Virus record (IMG/VR): IMGVR_UViG_3300046517_000355
Span: 7,672-71,671 of that record
Length of the DNA: 64,000 bases
Reading direction: 5' to 3' (one strand)
DNA from: a virus
Under the pieces are notes generated by a model, which saw only the letters and a program-made list of their open reading frames with translations, was not told the origin of the DNA and did no database searches. Within the stretch, counting starts at the first letter, position 1. Each line of letters begins with the position of its first letter. The position numbers and the translations under genes are program-made. Positions 62,131 to 64,000 of the stretch are shown piece by piece.

Positions 62131-62412
62131 TTATTTCTTCGCAGGTGCCTCCGCAGATGCTTCAGCCTGTGCGTCCTTTCCAGCGACGACAGCTTCCTTG
62201 ATGTCTTTCGGAACTGCGCCTACGACTTCGATGTCGCCCTTCTGAAGGGCTGTCGTGACGGCATAAGTCTTGCCGACTTCTACCTCTGACGGACCTGCGA
62301 CGAATGCTTCTCCGTCAGGATGCGCTTCGTCCTTCTCCCATACTGCGACAGGATAGCTCCCATCTTTGTTGGCGGGAGCAGTTCCTTTGACTGTGATCGT
62401 ATCTTTCGCCAT
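62131..62412 (-). CDS. Hypothetical head-associated protein
   Basis: VAVWEKDEAHPDGEAFVAG; SD AAGGAG. Confidence 0.7.
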   Translation of the reverse strand: MAKDTITVKGTAPANKDGSYPVAVWEKDEAHPDGEAFVAGPSEVEVGKTYAVTTALQKGDIEVVGAVPKDIKEAVVAGKDAQAEASAEAPAKK

Positions 62413-62433
62413 GATCTTTCTCCTTGTCTCTGT

Positions 62434-62457
62434 GAAAATGAGGCGGCTGTCCGCCTC
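62434..62457 (-). terminator. Putative terminator after the major capsid gene
   Basis: GAGGCGG-ACAG-CCGCCTC-ATTTTC on the minus strand. Confidence 0.6.
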
Positions 62458-62484
62458 GACCTATGTGTGATCTCCCGTCTCAGC

Positions 62485-63780
62485 TTATGCCAAGAGGTTG
62501 AGGAGCTTGCGAGCGTCTTTGTCGAGAATCGCCCATCCTTCCGTCTCGGTCAGTGTGAGTACTTCCGACTGGCGAGTGATGAAGCGATCCGTCTCGCTGA
62601 TTGACGCGCCGATCTCATACACATGCTCAAGAGCAAGGCGAGTGTCGATTCCGAGGATCTTCGACGCTGGTGCCAGCGTGGTGAATCCAAACGGAATGTT
62701 GTCGCTCGTGCGGTTGATCAGTCGAACGCCACCGAAGCCGGCAAGACCTGCATACATCATGAGCGGGATGTTGGCACTGCCTGTGTTGAGCAGGAGCAAT
62801 TGTGCCGCCACGTCAGACTGCATCAGCATGAGGTTAAGCTGGTACGGTGATTCGAATTTCAGCTGGTAATTGACGTATGCCTTCAACGTCAGATTAGGAG
62901 GCGTCGCGGCGGCGTCGAGTGTCGTCAGGTTGAACACCGTCGCGGCGTTCGAGTTGCCGTCTCCATTCACGAGTACTCCGATCGCTTCTTCAAGCTTGTC
63001 GTTCTCTGCTTGCAGAGCCATCAGCTGGATCAAGATCGCCACCATGTCGATGGACATGCGTCGCATCGTTTCATAGGACATCTCGATAGCCCGGCCATAC
63101 TTGTAGAGCGAGACTGCCTGCTCACGACCTTTGATCTTCGTGCGTGGAATCTCACCAAGCTCGGTGACGCGCTTCATCTTCTGTGCCTCGGCGTTCTGAT
63201 CGATGTAAAACCCTCGATAAGAATCCGTATTGATGCCAGTCGTCTTTGCGACGACAGCACTCACAGGAATCGGAGCGATCAGCGGCTGAGTGACGATGCC
63301 TGCGCGCGTAGCATACGGACGCATGATCGAATTCAGCACGTAGTCGCTCGACAGGAACGAAGACGATGCACGAGCGTCGGAACTGTTATTCACAGCCCCA
63401 CGATAGAAGCGAGAGATCAACTCAGGGATCAAGAGCTTCGTCGCGCGAGACTTTTCAAGGTCTTCGAGCTTCGATGCCCAGATGCCACGAGACGGATCGC
63501 TCTGCATACGAATGCCAGAGGCACGCAGGAGACGCTCGAATGCATCGAGACTGGTTTGCTGATGCTCAGCGCTCGGATCGAGCATTTCGCACAGCGTCGT
63601 CAAGTTGACGCCATTCGAGTAAGCCATGCGGTAAGGATCGAGATCCTTGTCAGCAAACTTCTTGAGCAGTTCGACAGATCGCTCGTAGGGCTTCTTTGTG
63701 AGAAGCGTCGCGCGAATCTCTTGTACCTGTTCATTGCCGCCGGCACTTGAAAGATCATCAAGATTTGGAACAACTTTCAT
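62485..63780 (-). CDS. Major capsid protein (HK97 fold)
   Basis: RVTELGEIP, KYGRAIEMSYE, terminal GWAILD; position. Confidence 0.85.
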   Translation of the reverse strand: MKVVPNLDDLSSAGGNEQVQEIRATLLTKKPYERSVELLKKFADKDLDPYRMAYSNGVNLTTLCEMLDPSAEHQQTSLDAFERLLRASGIRMQSDPSRGIWASKLEDLEKSRATKLLIPELISRFYRGAVNNSSDARASSSFLSSDYVLNSIMRPYATRAGIVTQPLIAPIPVSAVVAKTTGINTDSYRGFYIDQNAEAQKMKRVTELGEIPRTKIKGREQAVSLYKYGRAIEMSYETMRRMSIDMVAILIQLMALQAENDKLEEAIGVLVNGDGNSNAATVFNLTTLDAAATPPNLTLKAYVNYQLKFESPYQLNLMLMQSDVAAQLLLLNTGSANIPLMMYAGLAGFGGVRLINRTSDNIPFGFTTLAPASKILGIDTRLALEHVYEIGASISETDRFITRQSEVLTLTETEGWAILDKDARKLLNLLA

Positions 63781-63821
63781 TTTTCTACTCCTTTAATAGA
63801 TTTAAGAAATTGTGCTCGGCT

Positions 63822-64000
63822 TTACATTCCAAGAAGCACTTGTACCGCAGTCGCAACCGTCGCATCAATGATGGTGCCACGTCCGTTTTGCTGATCCGTT
63901 GCGGCTGCCTGAGCATACGCACCGGCTACGTCAGCCGCATTTCGAATGCGACCCTTCTCTGCCGCTGGACCAACGGCACCGACAATACGCTTGCCGGCTG
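63822..64000 (-). CDS. Head decoration-like protein (3' part)
   Basis: ...AGKRIVGAVGPAAEKGRIR...GRGTII...VLLGM-stop, directly upstream of the capsid gene. Confidence 0.55.
   Translation of the reverse strand, partial: AGKRIVGAVGPAAEKGRIRNAADVAGAYAQAAATDQQNGRGTIIDATVATAVQVLLGM

Larger units (their letters stand above)
1..64000. mobile_element. Tailed dsDNA phage (siphovirus-like), circularly permuted, incomplete at both ends
   Basis: Terminase, portal, capsid, tail tube, tape measure, fibre, lysis and replication genes fill the window; no host housekeeping genes. Confidence 0.95.

Overview
The whole window reads as most of a tailed (siphovirus-like) phage genome, circularly permuted. The leftward late module runs from the head decoration/major capsid genes (64.0-62.5 kb) through neck, tail tube, chaperones, tape measure, a Hint-bearing tail-tip protein, a 1894-aa fibre and a lysis cassette (44.1-39.5 kb). 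It resumes at the left end with terminase (7.9-10.6 kb) and portal (1.0-2.7 kb). Rightward early operons carry recombination genes (Gp157, Sak4-like, 3'-5' exonuclease, RusA, DUF932), replication genes (HTH initiator with internal palindromic iterons, DnaB, truncated beta-clamp-like protein, family A DNA polymerase, SF2 helicase) and putative DNA-modification genes (two MTases, a 2OG-Fe(II) hydroxylase). No integrase, primase, RNA polymerase, tRNA or CRISPR array was seen. A secreted domain typical of Pyrinomonadaceae surface proteins suggests an acidobacterial host (inference). The most striking unexplained signal is a two-layer cis-regulatory code on the rightward transcripts: eight sigma70-type promoters of the form TTGACA-N5-TGCAA with a 16-bp spacer, and eight covarying 5-bp-stem pentaloop hairpins (loop CACGA or CAAGT) at transcript 5' ends or abutting Shine-Dalgarno (SD) sites. 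Other notable items are an apparent +1 rather than -1 tail-chaperone frameshift, a lone response regulator inside the lysis cassette, a structured RNA upstream of the initiator, and an SD-led AUG-AAA-UAA minigene. All functional calls come from motifs read by eye; no database searches were run.
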